Assembly: GCA_036918135.1 (NCBI GenBank)
Contig: JBALDB010000053.1
Coordinates: 32,001 to 96,000 of the forward strand
DNA: 64,000 bases
Origin: Nostoc sp.
GTDB lineage: Bacteria > Cyanobacteriota > Cyanobacteriia > Cyanobacteriales > Nostocaceae
Direction of reading: 5' to 3'
Each line of letters starts with the position of its first letter. The first letter of the stretch is position 1. The notes under the pieces were generated by a model that had not been told where the DNA came from, did no database searches, and saw only the letters and a list, made by a program, of their open reading frames with translations. Below, in pieces: positions 52,015 through 62,760 of the stretch. The translations under genes were made by a program, and so were the position numbers.

Positions 52015-53544
52015 CTACAGTCTGCGCCAGCGACGGCCATCCTGGTTAATTAATAATTCTGCTTCCGCTGGTTCCCAAGTACCAGCTTCGTACTGAGGAA
52101 TGGAGGTTGGGTCTGTGGGTGCATCCCAAACTGAAAGCGCTGGAGTTACTACTTGCCAAGCTGCTTCTACTTCGTCGGCACGGGTAAATAATGTTTGATC
52201 GCCCATCATACAATCAAGGAAGAGGCGATCGTAAGCATCGGAAGTGGCTTGAATACCAAAGGAGCCGTAACTAAAGTCCATGTCAACGGAACGGGTACGG
52301 AATTCGGCCCCAGGCATTTTCACATCAAAGCGCAGGGAAATTCCTTCATTCGGCTGAATCCGCATTGCCAAAATATTGGCATTTCTCTGTTGCGCGGCGG
52401 ATTGAAACATCCGAGAAGGAACGTCGCGGAAGTGGATGGAAATCTCACTAACTTTTTTCGGCATCCGCTTACCGGTACGCAGGTAGAAGGGAACACCTTG
52501 CCAGCGCCAATTATCAACTATAAACTTCATCGCTACATAGGTGGGTGTTGCGGATTGGGGAGCGACACCTGGTTCTTCCCGATACCCTGGTACTGGTTGA
52601 CCTTTCATCCAGCCTGCACTATATTGACCGCGCACTGCCGAACGCGAGAGATTGTGAACATCAGCTAAACGGGTAGCTTGGAGTGCCTTGACTTTTTCAG
52701 TACGGATGCTGTCAGCATCCATTGAGTTGGGTGCTTCCATCGCTGTCAGGCAGTAAAGTTGCATTAAATGGTTTTGCAACATATCTCGTAGTGCGCCGGC
52801 GCTTTCATAGTAACCAGCCCGGTCTTCCACGCCCACGGTTTCTGCCACGGTAATTTGTACGTGGTCAACAAATTGACGATTCCACAACGGTTCAAAAATC
52901 GCATTGGCAAAGCGAAATACCAGCAAATTCTGGACTGTTTCTTTACCCAAGTAGTGGTCAATACGATAGACTTGGTTTTCTTTGCAAAATTTCTGTACCA
53001 CTTGGTTAAGACTCTGGGCAGAAGCCAAGTCACGACCAAAGGGTTTTTCAATTACCAGCCGATGTTTGTAGGGATCTTCTAGCATCCCAGCGGTTCCTAG
53101 CTGCTTAATTGCTTCAGGAAAAAATGCTGGGGCAACGGAGAGGTAAAACATCCGATTGCCTCGTGTGCCCCGCTTTTCGTCTAATTCAGTTAATAAGGTT
53201 TTCAGTTTTTGGTAACTTTCGGGCTTGTCTATATCACCAGGGCAGTAGAACAGACCTTGAGAAAAGTCTTGCCAGAGTTCCCCCAAATCGACATCGGCAT
53301 GTGCCTCCTCCATGCCTTTTTGCATCTGTTCGCGGAAGTATTCGTGGCTCCACTCTCGACGTGCCACGCCGACAATGGTAATTTCAGGTGGAATGCGCCG
53401 TTCTCGTCGCAACTTGTAAAGTGCTGGTACTAGTTTGCGCCAGGTAAGGTCACCGGAAGCGCCAAAGATAACTATAATTTGGGGTTCAGGCATCCCTTGT
53501 TGTTGGAGACCAACGCGCAAGGGATTTTCTAGCAGACTGACCAT
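52015..53544 (-). CDS. zwf: Glucose-6-phosphate 1-dehydrogenase
   Basis: [20 protein letters not shown]; start placed at MVSLLENPL. Confidence 0.98.
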   Translation of the reverse strand: MVSLLENPLRVGLQQQGMPEPQIIVIFGASGDLTWRKLVPALYKLRRERRIPPEITIVGVARREWSHEYFREQMQKGMEEAHADVDLGELWQDFSQGLFYCPGDIDKPESYQKLKTLLTELDEKRGTRGNRMFYLSVAPAFFPEAIKQLGTAGMLEDPYKHRLVIEKPFGRDLASAQSLNQVVQKFCKENQVYRIDHYLGKETVQNLLVFRFANAIFEPLWNRQFVDHVQITVAETVGVEDRAGYYESAGALRDMLQNHLMQLYCLTAMEAPNSMDADSIRTEKVKALQATRLADVHNLSRSAVRGQYSAGWMKGQPVPGYREEPGVAPQSATPTYVAMKFIVDNWRWQGVPFYLRTGKRMPKKVSEISIHFRDVPSRMFQSAAQQRNANILAMRIQPNEGISLRFDVKMPGAEFRTRSVDMDFSYGSFGIQATSDAYDRLFLDCMMGDQTLFTRADEVEAAWQVVTPALSVWDAPTDPTSIPQYEAGTWEPAEAELLINQDGRRWRRL

Positions 53545-53756
53545 AGGAATTTTAGATTTTAGATTTTGGATTTTGGATTGGGTACTGGGGATTGGGTATT
53601 GGAAATTGGGTATTGGGCATGGGGTAAGCCGGTAGTATGGGAGGTGTAGGAGGATGGAGAAGAAATCTTTCCCCCTTTCTCTCCCCACACTCCCCACACT
53701 CCCCATCTCTCCATCTCTCCATCTCTCCATCTCCCTACCTCCCCATTCCCCAGCTC
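53545..53756. repeat. STRR heptamer tracts between tal and zwf
   Basis: (attttag)n, (attgggt)n, (ctccatc)n, ccccacact repeats. Confidence 0.85.
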
Positions 53757-54902
53757 CTACACTGGCGACAATACCTTGATCTTTTCTTCTAAAGAGTTCA
53801 TCAAGGACTGGAACGGCTGGATGAACTTGTCAATACCTTCAACTAACAGTTCATCCATGACGGCATTGATATCAATGTTAATGTCGGGATCTTTGAGGTT
53901 TTCGATCAGATTGTAAGCTTCTTCTACACCTGTTTCTAAACGATCGCCAACGTTACAATGATCGGCACAAGCTTTGATGGTGGCTGGTGGTACGGTGTTG
54001 ACAGTATCTCGACCAATCAACTCATCGATATACATCACGTCGCTGTAGCTGGGGTTTTTGGTGCTGGTGCTAGCCCACAGGAGTCGTTGTACTTTCGCCC
54101 CTTTTGCTGCCAAGGCTTGCCAACGATCGCTTTCGATGATTTTCTTGTATTCTTGGTAGGCAATCTTGGCGTTAGCGATCGCTACTTTTCCTTTAACAGC
54201 ATTCAGCTTCGCTTCCACGGCAATATCATCAACACCTTTTTTCAACTTAGCATCTATTTTGGCATCAATGTTGTTATCAATCCGACTGAGGAAGAAGCTG
54301 GCGACTGAAGCAATTTTGCTAATGTCTTTACCTTCGCTTGCCCGTTTTTCTAAACCACGAATATAAGCCCAAGCTGTATTTACGTAGCTCTCCACCGAAA
54401 ACAGCAGGGTAATATTAACATTAATGCCGTCGGCGATCGCCTGTTCTACTGCTGGTAAACCAGACTCAGTACCAGGAATTTTAATCATCAAATTTTCCCG
54501 GTCAACTTCTTGGAAATAGCGTTTGGCTTCGGCTATTGTTGCTTCGGTATCATGGGCAATGGTCGGTGGTACTTCGATACTCACATAACCATCCAGGTGA
54601 TTCGAGCTTTCATAAACAGGGCGTAAGGTATCACACGCACTACGAATATCTGCAAAAATCAGCGATTCGTAAATTTTGTAGGTTGGTGAGCCAGCCCGAA
54701 CTCCGGCTTCTATATCCGCGTCATAAATGACGTTACCAGCGATCGCTTTTTCAAAAATCGTTGGATTGGAAGTAATCCCAGCAATTCCTTGATTTTCAAC
54801 CAAGTCTTGGAGTTCGCCTGATTGAATAATGTCACGGCTCAAATTATCCATCCAGATACTTTGACCGTATTGCTTAATTTCTAGTAGATGATTGGTTGCC
54901 AT
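53757..54902 (-). CDS. tal: Transaldolase
   Basis: [46 protein letters not shown]. Confidence 0.97.
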   Translation of the reverse strand: MATNHLLEIKQYGQSIWMDNLSRDIIQSGELQDLVENQGIAGITSNPTIFEKAIAGNVIYDADIEAGVRAGSPTYKIYESLIFADIRSACDTLRPVYESSNHLDGYVSIEVPPTIAHDTEATIAEAKRYFQEVDRENLMIKIPGTESGLPAVEQAIADGINVNITLLFSVESYVNTAWAYIRGLEKRASEGKDISKIASVASFFLSRIDNNIDAKIDAKLKKGVDDIAVEAKLNAVKGKVAIANAKIAYQEYKKIIESDRWQALAAKGAKVQRLLWASTSTKNPSYSDVMYIDELIGRDTVNTVPPATIKACADHCNVGDRLETGVEEAYNLIENLKDPDINIDINAVMDELLVEGIDKFIQPFQSLMNSLEEKIKVLSPV

Positions 54903-55316
54903 AACTCTGGTTTTTTCACTCCTGTATGATGTTTCGTAGTGAAGTTGACATCCATCAAATTCTCAAACGGCTATCAGTTAACATCTTTTCGTTATTAGGT
55001 GTTGGGTACTGCTGACTGTTGAGTCGATTTTTAATGGTGACTTTTGAATTTTGCCGTTGCCAATCACTTATCGCATCAACCCGCTGAGATAATTCTTAAT
55101 TTATTTTCAAGAACTGCTATTGTGCACTCCTAATCCTAAATCACCATGATTAACTTTTAATTAATGGATAGGCTAGTACAAGAAGGCAAAAGTAAAAACT
55201 TAAAAAGCAAAACAAAGAAGTCTTATCCCGTAGGCTTTTTGCTTATTTTAGATGGGAGATTTATTTTGGCAATGTTGTACTTCGCGCATCTAGTAGGATG
55301 TATTTGTCATCCTTAT

Positions 55317-56387
55317 CTAGTGACCGTTTTGAATAAAAGACTCTACTTTTGCTACATCTTCTCTACTACCAATGATTAAAGGTGTGCGTTGATGGAGTTT
55401 TTTCGGCACTACATCTAAGATATCTACTAGTCCTGTAGTGGCACGACCACCTGCTTGTTCAATCAAAAAGGCTAGAGGAGCGGTTTCATAAAGCAAACGC
55501 AATTTCCCTTCTGGTTTTTGAATTGTGCCTGGGTAGAGAAATACGCCGCCTTGAACTAAAATTCTATGGATATCGCTTACCATTGCCCCACTATATCGAG
55601 CGGTATAGCCTTCTGTGCGATGAACGTAGCGGATGTATTCTCGAATTGATTCTTCCCACTGCCAGAAGTTACCCTCATTCACGCTGTAAACAGCGCCGTG
55701 GTTAGGAATGCGGATATTTTCTTCTGTGAGGATAAATTCACCTAAGCTAGGGTCGAGGACAAAAGAATGAACGCCCTTACCTATAGTATAGACCAGCATT
55801 GTGCTAGGCCCATATAAGATGTATCCAGCAGCAATTTGTTTACGTCCGTTGCTTAACAGGTCAGTTGCAAGGCGATCGCTATCAGTTCCTTGTTGTTGGC
55901 GAATGGCGAAAATCGAACCTAAGCTGAGATTGATATCAGTGTTAGAAGAACCATCAATTGGGTCATATAGCAGAGTGTAGCGCCCAATGGGGCAATTTTC
56001 TGGGATGTAGTAGGGTTTTTCCATTTCCTCAGAAGCTAGGCGACAAACTAAGCCACTTTGCTTAAATACTGAGATAAACACATCGTTGGCATAAACATCC
56101 ATCTTTTTGACGGATTCTCCTTGCACATTTACTTCCCCAGTAAATCCGAGAACGCCTTCCATTAAACCAGCCCGACTCATGCGACGAGCAATCAATTTGC
56201 CAGCCAAGGCGATGCGATTCATCAGCGCACTCAAATCTTGTGCATCTGCTGAAAAACTTTGAAGTTGTTGTAAGACGTGACGAGATAAAGTTGTACAATC
56301 ACGATCTAGAGCTAAGTCTGTAGCGTCGTTAACAGACAAATCTAAAGATTCTGGCGCTTGAGTCATTTTTGTCTTCTCCGTAGCCAC
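55317..56387 (-). CDS. fbp: Class I fructose-1,6-bisphosphatase
   Basis: [38 protein letters not shown]. Confidence 0.97.
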   Translation of the reverse strand: MATEKTKMTQAPESLDLSVNDATDLALDRDCTTLSRHVLQQLQSFSADAQDLSALMNRIALAGKLIARRMSRAGLMEGVLGFTGEVNVQGESVKKMDVYANDVFISVFKQSGLVCRLASEEMEKPYYIPENCPIGRYTLLYDPIDGSSNTDINLSLGSIFAIRQQQGTDSDRLATDLLSNGRKQIAAGYILYGPSTMLVYTIGKGVHSFVLDPSLGEFILTEENIRIPNHGAVYSVNEGNFWQWEESIREYIRYVHRTEGYTARYSGAMVSDIHRILVQGGVFLYPGTIQKPEGKLRLLYETAPLAFLIEQAGGRATTGLVDILDVVPKKLHQRTPLIIGSREDVAKVESFIQNGH

Positions 56388-56620
56388 TAGCTGTTAGTTG
56401 GGTTAGATGTCGCAACTTTCTGGTCGCTGTTTCTATCTTAGAAAGGTAAATTGAGAACTTAGATGCGACTTTAGTTTATCTAAAGAAATAAATCTTCGGT
56501 GACTTTCGTGCCCAAAGCAATAGCTGATATTGGAGTGTTGGGGGGGAGCGATCGCGCTCTGAATTTGATAAATTATTCTCTTTGCGCCTAAAATCCAAAA
56601 ATTCCAATCTATTGAAACTA

Positions 56621-56629
56621 TGATATAAT
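56621..56629 (+). promoter_or_regulatory. Extended -10 promoter element for tRNA-Val
   Basis: TGaTATAAT ending 9 nt before the tRNA. Confidence 0.6.
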
Positions 56630-56638
56630 AGAAAGATT

Positions 56639-56710
56639 GGGCGATTAGCACAGGGGTAGCGCACATCCTTCACACGGATGGGGTCACTGGTTCAAATCCA
56701 GTATCGCCCA
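56639..56710 (+). tRNA. trnV: tRNA-Val (anticodon CAC)
   Basis: Acceptor GGGCGAT/ATCGCCC+A, anticodon arm CATCC-TTCACAC-GGATG, T-arm ACTGG-TTCAAAT-CCAGT; CCA not encoded. Confidence 0.95.
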
Positions 56711-56827
56711 TTATACATTTGTACATTCTCAAATTAAATATCCTCTTCTAACACTAATGCATTGCGCTTTGAAGTGAAAATACGCTTATTTATTTTTCTT
56801 TTAAAGTTACGAGCGAATAGCTAAACA

Positions 56828-57142
56828 TTGCATCTGATATGTAAAGTAATGCTACCTTGTAAGAAAAAAATTGTGACTGATAAAACTGAATTACTATCTT
56901 ATCCAAATATCACTTCAGATGAAGAGGTACAGAGTCGTGATTTTTTAGTAAAGATTATAGTTGTAGGAATTGAAGTAAATATCAAAGAATTAGCAATTGC
57001 ATTTCGCAAACAATATAAACTCAGGCTTACTGACGCAATAATGGTAGCAACTGCAAAATCTTTAAACGCAACATTATTCACCAATGATGTAAAACTTGCT
57101 AATTTAACAGAAATTAACACTCAATCAGTACAAATTGTATAG
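56828..57142 (+). pseudogene. PIN/VapC toxin remnant lacking its N-terminus
   Basis: TELLSYP...AIAFRKQYKLRLTDAIMVATA...LFTND; no N-terminal DTN motif and no antitoxin seen. Confidence 0.7.
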
Positions 57143-57231
57143 TGAAGGGCGATCGCCTATTATCAGAGGCAAAATATTAAGAGCGATCGCAATCTACATG
57201 CACCGAAAGCAGTTTGTAAATTGTTAAATTA

Positions 57232-57268
57232 AAAACTGCTCTTGCTAAAACTAAACAAGAGCAGTTTT
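57232..57268. terminator. Bidirectional intrinsic terminator
   Basis: aaaactgctcttg...caagagcagtttt between convergent genes. Confidence 0.75.
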
Positions 57269-57293
57269 AACACCAAAGCCGAAAATTAAAAAC

Positions 57294-57617
57294 TTAGGCA
57301 TCCTCAAGTTCCAATTGCGCCACCGTAACCGCGTTAAAAGCGAAAGCTAAAACTAATGGCATCGGAGACTGCAACCAAAAGGTTAAAAGAACAGCGAAGA
57401 TTGTGCCAATTATTGCTGAAGTAGACCACAATCGTTCTTCAAAAGTTAACCCTTTTTCAGCTTTAATCAATCTCAGAACGTTGACAGGTATTGGTTCTGG
57501 CATTACCCCACCTGGAGGAAAAGCCCAGTAGTTATTACGCCGCTCGACAAATAAATCTGTCCAGCCATTTTCTTGGCACCATGCCTCAATCCATTGAAGT
57601 GAATAATGATTAATCAT
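57294..57617 (-). CDS. Conserved cyanobacterial hypothetical membrane protein
   Basis: YSLQWIEAWCQENGWTDLF...WAFPPGGVMPEPIP plus two TM segments. Confidence 0.75.
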   Translation of the reverse strand: MINHYSLQWIEAWCQENGWTDLFVERRNNYWAFPPGGVMPEPIPVNVLRLIKAEKGLTFEERLWSTSAIIGTIFAVLLTFWLQSPMPLVLAFAFNAVTVAQLELEDA

Positions 57618-58355
57618 CGGGTTTGGGAGCTGAGTTTGGGGAATTTGTCTAGTAGGTAAAGATAATCTCTCGGAGATTGCTGAAAAACTAACCAATCCGG
57701 TATAAAATTAACGCTATTTATACAACTTATAAGCTTTGTTAAGCAGTTGAGATAAGTGATAATTAAGCTCAACCATTGCTTTACTTAATTAAAGACTAAC
57801 AGTCGAGAGAATCTGTTAACTTCAAAAGACAACAAACTTTACGTAAAAAATTGAAAGTAAAGAAATGTAAATTAGTTAGTTAATCCTACTGCTCAGTTAA
57901 ACTGTATATCCTAAAAAGAAAATCTTAAAATCAAGAATTGTGAATAAATCAATGGTAGTAGGCGTAGCCCGTTTTAGACATCGTTTTGTTTGACGAAATC
58001 ATTCCTTGAGAGTAGACAATCATTTATATCTGTCTTTGGTAATAATTTTATTGATAATTAGTTAAGCAAAATTAATTAGATATAAAGTAAGGCTCTAGGA
58101 AATACTCAAGAGCTATATTGCCCTTGTGTATATAATTTTGCCGAATTACCTATGATGATGTTGTGTGAGCGTAAGCCCGTCATAAACATCGCCCTCATAT
58201 TGCCCCCCACACAATAGCTGCTTTGTGCTATTGCAGAAATAATTTTGCTCAACGTGAGAAGCAATGCCTTTTACGTTACAAAATATTAAGCAGGGATACA
58301 GATCCCCCAATGGCAGTAGGGCTGCTAGTCTTAATTACAATGTGGGAAGCTTATA

Positions 58356-58877
58356 ATGCAGCGATTACACACTAGATTGGGTTTCGATATGTTTTGGCGG
58401 CAGGGATTGGCGTTACTTGTGGGGATTATTGTCTGGTGCGTGGCTCATCCTGCACTGGCAGTAGACTGGACTCATCCACTGTCATTTAGTAATGCAGAGT
58501 TGTCAAGACGTGATTTTTCTGGTCAAAGTTTACAAGCTGCGGAGTTTTCTAACGCCAATATGGAATTGGCTAATTTTACCAACGCTGACTTACGGGGAGC
58601 AGTATTGAGTGCTTCGGTAATGACACAAGCAAATCTCCACGGTGCCGATTTAACGAATGCAATGGTCGATCAGGTAAACTTGACTAAGGCAGATTTGAGC
58701 GATGCAGTTCTTAAAGAAACCCTTTTGCTCCGCGCCATCTTTAATGATGTGAATATAGACGGTGCAGATTTTACAGATGCAATTTTGGACAAAGCGCAAA
58801 TTAAAGAACTGTGTATCAAAGCTGATGGTGTGAATTCTAAAACAGGCGTGCAAACTCGTGATTCTCTGGGATGTTAA
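58356..58877 (+). CDS. Exported pentapeptide-repeat protein (possible start 58389)
   Basis: Signal ending ALA; ANF/ADL repeats; ELC..ADGVN.KTGV.TRDSLGC. Confidence 0.9.
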   Translation: MQRLHTRLGFDMFWRQGLALLVGIIVWCVAHPALAVDWTHPLSFSNAELSRRDFSGQSLQAAEFSNANMELANFTNADLRGAVLSASVMTQANLHGADLTNAMVDQVNLTKADLSDAVLKETLLLRAIFNDVNIDGADFTDAILDKAQIKELCIKADGVNSKTGVQTRDSLGC

Positions 58878-60028
58878 TGAAACGTGTAGGTGTAATTGGT
58901 GGCGGACAACTTGCCTGGATGATGGCAGATGCAGCAAGGAAGCTAGAAGTAGAATTAGTAGTACAAACTCCTAATGAAAACGACCCAGCGGTGTCAATTG
59001 CTGAGGAAACTGTTTTCGCTCCGGTAGATGATGCCAGTGCTACAGAAATATTAGCGAAAAAATGCGATGTCATCACCTTTGAAAATGAATTTGTTAATTT
59101 AGATGCTTTATCTGTTTTAGCAGAGCAAGGCGTTTGTTTTCGCCCAAGATTAAAAGCATTAACTCCTCTTTTAGATAAATATCACCAGCGTTGCTATTTA
59201 AGCAATTTAGACTTGCCAGTTCCGCAATTTTTCGCCCTTGAGGAGGTAGAAAATCTTAAATCTAAAATAGAATATCTGGGTTTTCCAGTAGTTCTCAAAT
59301 CCCGACGCCACGGTTATGATGGTCAGGGTACTTTTATAATTCAGGACTTTGCTACTTTAGAAGAAAAATTAAGTTGCGATCTGATAAAAAATTCAAATAA
59401 ATCTCTTTTTCTATTAGAAGAATTTGTACCTTTTGAAAGAGAATTAGCAGTCATCGCAGCTCGTTCTCTAGAGGGAGAAATTGTCACCTATCCAGTGGTA
59501 GAAACCCAACAAGAACAACAAGTGTGTCGGCGGGTAATTGCGCCAGCCGAAATTATGCCCAATCAACTAGCAGAAATAGAAGCGATCGCCCATACTTTAT
59601 TAAATAGCCTACAAGTAGTGGGAATTTTTGGGATTGAGCTATTTGTGAGAGCTGATGGCAAAGTGCTGGTAAATGAAATTGCTCCCCGTACCCATAATTC
59701 TGGGCATTTTTCCCTTGACGCCTGTGAAACTTCTCAGTTTGAGCAACACCTGAGGGCAGTTTGTGGTTTCCCGTTGGGAAATCCTAGTTTACAGTGTGCT
59801 GGTGCTGTAATGGTAAATCTGTTGGGGTATGAAAATTCTGACAGCGATTACCAAAGCCAGCGTCAACAAATAACAAAGATTCCCCAAGCGCACGTTCACT
59901 GGTACGGAAAAACTGAGTCGCGTCCTGGGCGCAAGTTGGGACATGTCACCGTTTTGCTGGATAATCAAAATCGACAGCAGGCAATCGCTATTGCCCAGAC
60001 CATAGAATCCATCTGGTATCCCGGCTAA
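58871..60028 (+). CDS. purK: N5-carboxyaminoimidazole ribonucleotide synthase
   Basis: IGGGQLAWM, ITFENE, GYDGQG, NEIAPRTHNSGH, RPGRKLGHV. Confidence 0.97.
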   Translation: MLMKRVGVIGGGQLAWMMADAARKLEVELVVQTPNENDPAVSIAEETVFAPVDDASATEILAKKCDVITFENEFVNLDALSVLAEQGVCFRPRLKALTPLLDKYHQRCYLSNLDLPVPQFFALEEVENLKSKIEYLGFPVVLKSRRHGYDGQGTFIIQDFATLEEKLSCDLIKNSNKSLFLLEEFVPFERELAVIAARSLEGEIVTYPVVETQQEQQVCRRVIAPAEIMPNQLAEIEAIAHTLLNSLQVVGIFGIELFVRADGKVLVNEIAPRTHNSGHFSLDACETSQFEQHLRAVCGFPLGNPSLQCAGAVMVNLLGYENSDSDYQSQRQQITKIPQAHVHWYGKTESRPGRKLGHVTVLLDNQNRQQAIAIAQTIESIWYPG

Positions 60029-60087
60029 ATTTCTCAGAAACTTTTGATGTTGAACACACAACATCTTTTTGAAAGCTATAATGAGTT

Positions 60088-60271
60088 AGTTGCACTACGA
60101 CGTTGGTGACTGCCATCAAGTTTTTTGATCTATGCCTTTAAAGAAAAGGGAGTCAACTAGTTCTCGTGGCAGTAGACCGGGCATGTACCCGGAAACTTTA
60201 AACGAGAAATTTAGATTCCCACCTGGTTTAACCAGGTCATAAACTTAGGTAAAACGGCGTCGCGGTGAACT
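60088..60271 (+). ncRNA. ssrS: 6S RNA (SsrS/SsaA)
   Basis: Sits immediately after purK, the usual cyanobacterial synteny; TATAAT at 60077-60082; 5' agttgcactacgacgtt pairs with 3' ggcgtcgcggtgaact; about 184 nt. Confidence 0.85.
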
Positions 60272-60281
60272 TAAAATTATT

Positions 60282-60315
60282 AGCTCCCAAAGTCAGTTAG
60301 AATTTGGGAGCTTTA
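60282..60315 (+). terminator. Hairpin terminator after 6S RNA
   Basis: agctcccaaa...tttgggagct followed by a T/A run. Confidence 0.7.
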
Positions 60316-60370
60316 ATTATTTAAATTAGTAAAACTTAGGGAACTCCAACAAGTGCCACTACATCAGAAG

Positions 60371-60476
60371 TAATACCAATTCAAAATTCAAAATCAAAAT
60401 TCACGCATTAAGAATGCAGACAGGACAAGGTTTTAGAGATATGTATCTGTCGCATTCTTCTTTCAAATTGGTATTA
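60371..60476. mobile_element. MITE-like element with TIR TAATACCAATT
   Basis: taataccaatt ... aattggtatta; internal inverted aagaatgc.gacag / ctgtcgcattctt. Confidence 0.65.
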
Positions 60477-60845
60477 TTTCTGTTTACAGCTTGCGGTAAG
60501 TTCTAGATTGTAGAAAGTCCCTGGTTTGGGATTAATTGAACGCAACTGCTGGATAAAAGCATTAAATGTTGTATTGCTTGTACCAAAGCCAGCTTCAGCA
60601 CAAGCAGATAAACCTCCTTCGATGGGAATAGCAGATCCGGCCTTGGGACTATATACAATGAATTTATCGACGGTGCTAGTGCCGACTGCAAACCCGATAA
60701 CTTGGCGAATTGTTTGCAAAGCGGCATTATCTAAGGAACCACCAATACTGCCAATACTGATATTAACCGCACGACTTTCAGCAAAGGCCGGCGCACTAAT
60801 TGACAATACTGCCCCGACAATAATGAAACAGCTGAACTTCTTCAT
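60474..60845 (-). CDS. Secreted hypothetical protein
   Basis: RBS ggagagg; signal peptide MKKFSCFIIVGAVLSISAPAFA; two Cys in the mature part. Confidence 0.7.
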   Translation of the reverse strand: MKKFSCFIIVGAVLSISAPAFAESRAVNISIGSIGGSLDNAALQTIRQVIGFAVGTSTVDKFIVYSPKAGSAIPIEGGLSACAEAGFGTSNTTFNAFIQQLRSINPKPGTFYNLELTASCKQK

Positions 60846-60959
60846 TTTCCTCTCCTCCAAAAAATTGAAAAAATTGCCATTGATATTTACCAACTGGTTT
60901 TACACCACTAGTAGTGTGCGCCTTGTAAAAGATTAGACATAAAGTAGCGATCGCTTGGC

Positions 60960-61817
60960 TCATGCACCCGCTTTATCGAGTTGCTCAAACTCATCGTCTG
61001 ACAGATGAAGCTGCGCGGCAGCGATGTTGTCTTCCAGGTGAGCAACTTGACTTGTTCCTGGAATCGGTAGCATATTAGGACTTCGCTTCAGCACCCAAGC
61101 CAGTGCCACTTGTCCGGGCGATGCACTGTGTGCCTTGGCAATGGTGTCTACCAGCCCGCCTGACTGGGCGAGGTCGCCGGAGGCTAACGGAAACCAGGGG
61201 ATAAAGCCGATACCCTCATGCGTGCAGTAGTCGAGTACTGCCTCATCAGCCCTATCTACGAGGTTGTAGCGGTTCTGTACCGTGGTTACAGGGAATACCT
61301 TCCGTGCAGCCTCGATCTGCTCCACCGAGACTTGACTCAGCCCAGCCCGCGCAATCAGCCCCTCTTTGAGAAAATCGGCGATCGCACCAAATTGCTCGTC
61401 TTGAGGCACGTTAGGATCGATACGGTGCAGTTGCCATAGGTCTAGCTGCTCCACTTTCAGGCGGCGCAGGCTCATGAGTACACACTGGCGTAGATATTCG
61501 GGACGACCTACTGGCGGCCACTCATTCGGACCCGTACGAACCAGCCCACCCTTGGTGGCGATAAATATGCCGTCATAGGGATATAGCGCCTGTGCGATCA
61601 GTTCCTCAGCGACGTAAGGGCCATAGCTATCCGCAGTGTCGATGAAATTGACTCCCAGATCGGGCAAGCGTTTCAATACTTGTAGCGCCTCCTCCCGGTT
61701 TTTGGGTTCACCCCACACCCCTTTGCCCGTAAGCTGCATGGAGCCAAAGCCCAGCCGCGTCACTGAACGATCTGAGAAACTAAATTGTCCAGAAGCACTA
61801 GCATTAAGTTCAGACAT
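60960..61817 (-). CDS. Aldo/keto reductase
   Basis: [41 protein letters not shown]. Confidence 0.93.
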   Translation of the reverse strand: MSELNASASGQFSFSDRSVTRLGFGSMQLTGKGVWGEPKNREEALQVLKRLPDLGVNFIDTADSYGPYVAEELIAQALYPYDGIFIATKGGLVRTGPNEWPPVGRPEYLRQCVLMSLRRLKVEQLDLWQLHRIDPNVPQDEQFGAIADFLKEGLIARAGLSQVSVEQIEAARKVFPVTTVQNRYNLVDRADEAVLDYCTHEGIGFIPWFPLASGDLAQSGGLVDTIAKAHSASPGQVALAWVLKRSPNMLPIPGTSQVAHLEDNIAAAQLHLSDDEFEQLDKAGA

Positions 61818-62760
61818 AGTGTAAATCGGTTGGTGTAAATTGGTTGGAAGTGTCCGACCTCGATCGGGGATCGATTGTAGTTATGGCAAGGGTTCAATTA
61901 ATTGGTGGGTGCTTTAAACTGCCACACTCACCAAGGCAGCTTTATCTTTAAGTGGTTTACCCATTGCAAGCTTTTTTCCTGTTGTACAGTGACAAATTAA
62001 ATGGCGTTGAGACAAATTTGTGTCATCAAATTAAGCCTTACCCACTTTACCTAGATTTCTCACAAGTAAGAAATCCAACGAGTGTGGGAGGTGTGAGAGG
62101 ATGAGGGGGTGTGGGAGGATGAGGAAGAAATCTTTCTCCCCACACTTCCCACACCTCCTCTTTCCCCCCCACACTTTGTGAGAAATCCGGGTTTAGTAGG
62201 GCAACAATTTGTGTTGATACTGCCTGCTAAGTTCCCTGTGCCGCTTCTAAGCTTAACGCTAGAGAGTTCAAGCTTTACACCCTCAATAAGATTAATTTGG
62301 TACAGCGACAAATAAAAAATTACTGTCAGTAGACCAAAAAGTTCTGCATTAGCGTCTCGCACAGAAGCGTACCAAAGGTATCACTCTGTGATTGATAACT
62401 GTAAATCTGATTGTTGCTTAAAAAACTGTATTTTTGAATACGATTTTTAGAATTGGACGATGCACGCGTCAAAATCCTTTGTGCTGAAGTTTCCTTTGCT
62501 GGTGAACGTGCTGTTAGAGGGGGTGATGTCACTGTTGAGGCACTTTGGCGATCGCTAATACTGGCATGTCATCACTGATTCCTGATATTCCGGGTCTTGC
62601 AGGGACTCCTTACCTGACCAACCGCAACTTCACAGGATGACGCTGACTGAACAAGCGATTAAACTATGGATAATATCAAATGTTGCTTTTAGCACCTATT
62701 ATATAAATTTAATTGCACTGTTAAATCTAACATCTCATCCTGCTATATCTAATACTAGTT

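Noticed and set aside
53545..53730. N-terminal extension of Zwf
   Set aside because: It is a translation of STRR repeats; the conserved start is MVSLLENPL
58871..60028. PurK as part of the ATP-grasp modification system
   Set aside because: It is the ordinary purine-biosynthesis ATP-grasp enzyme, about 34 kb from the cluster
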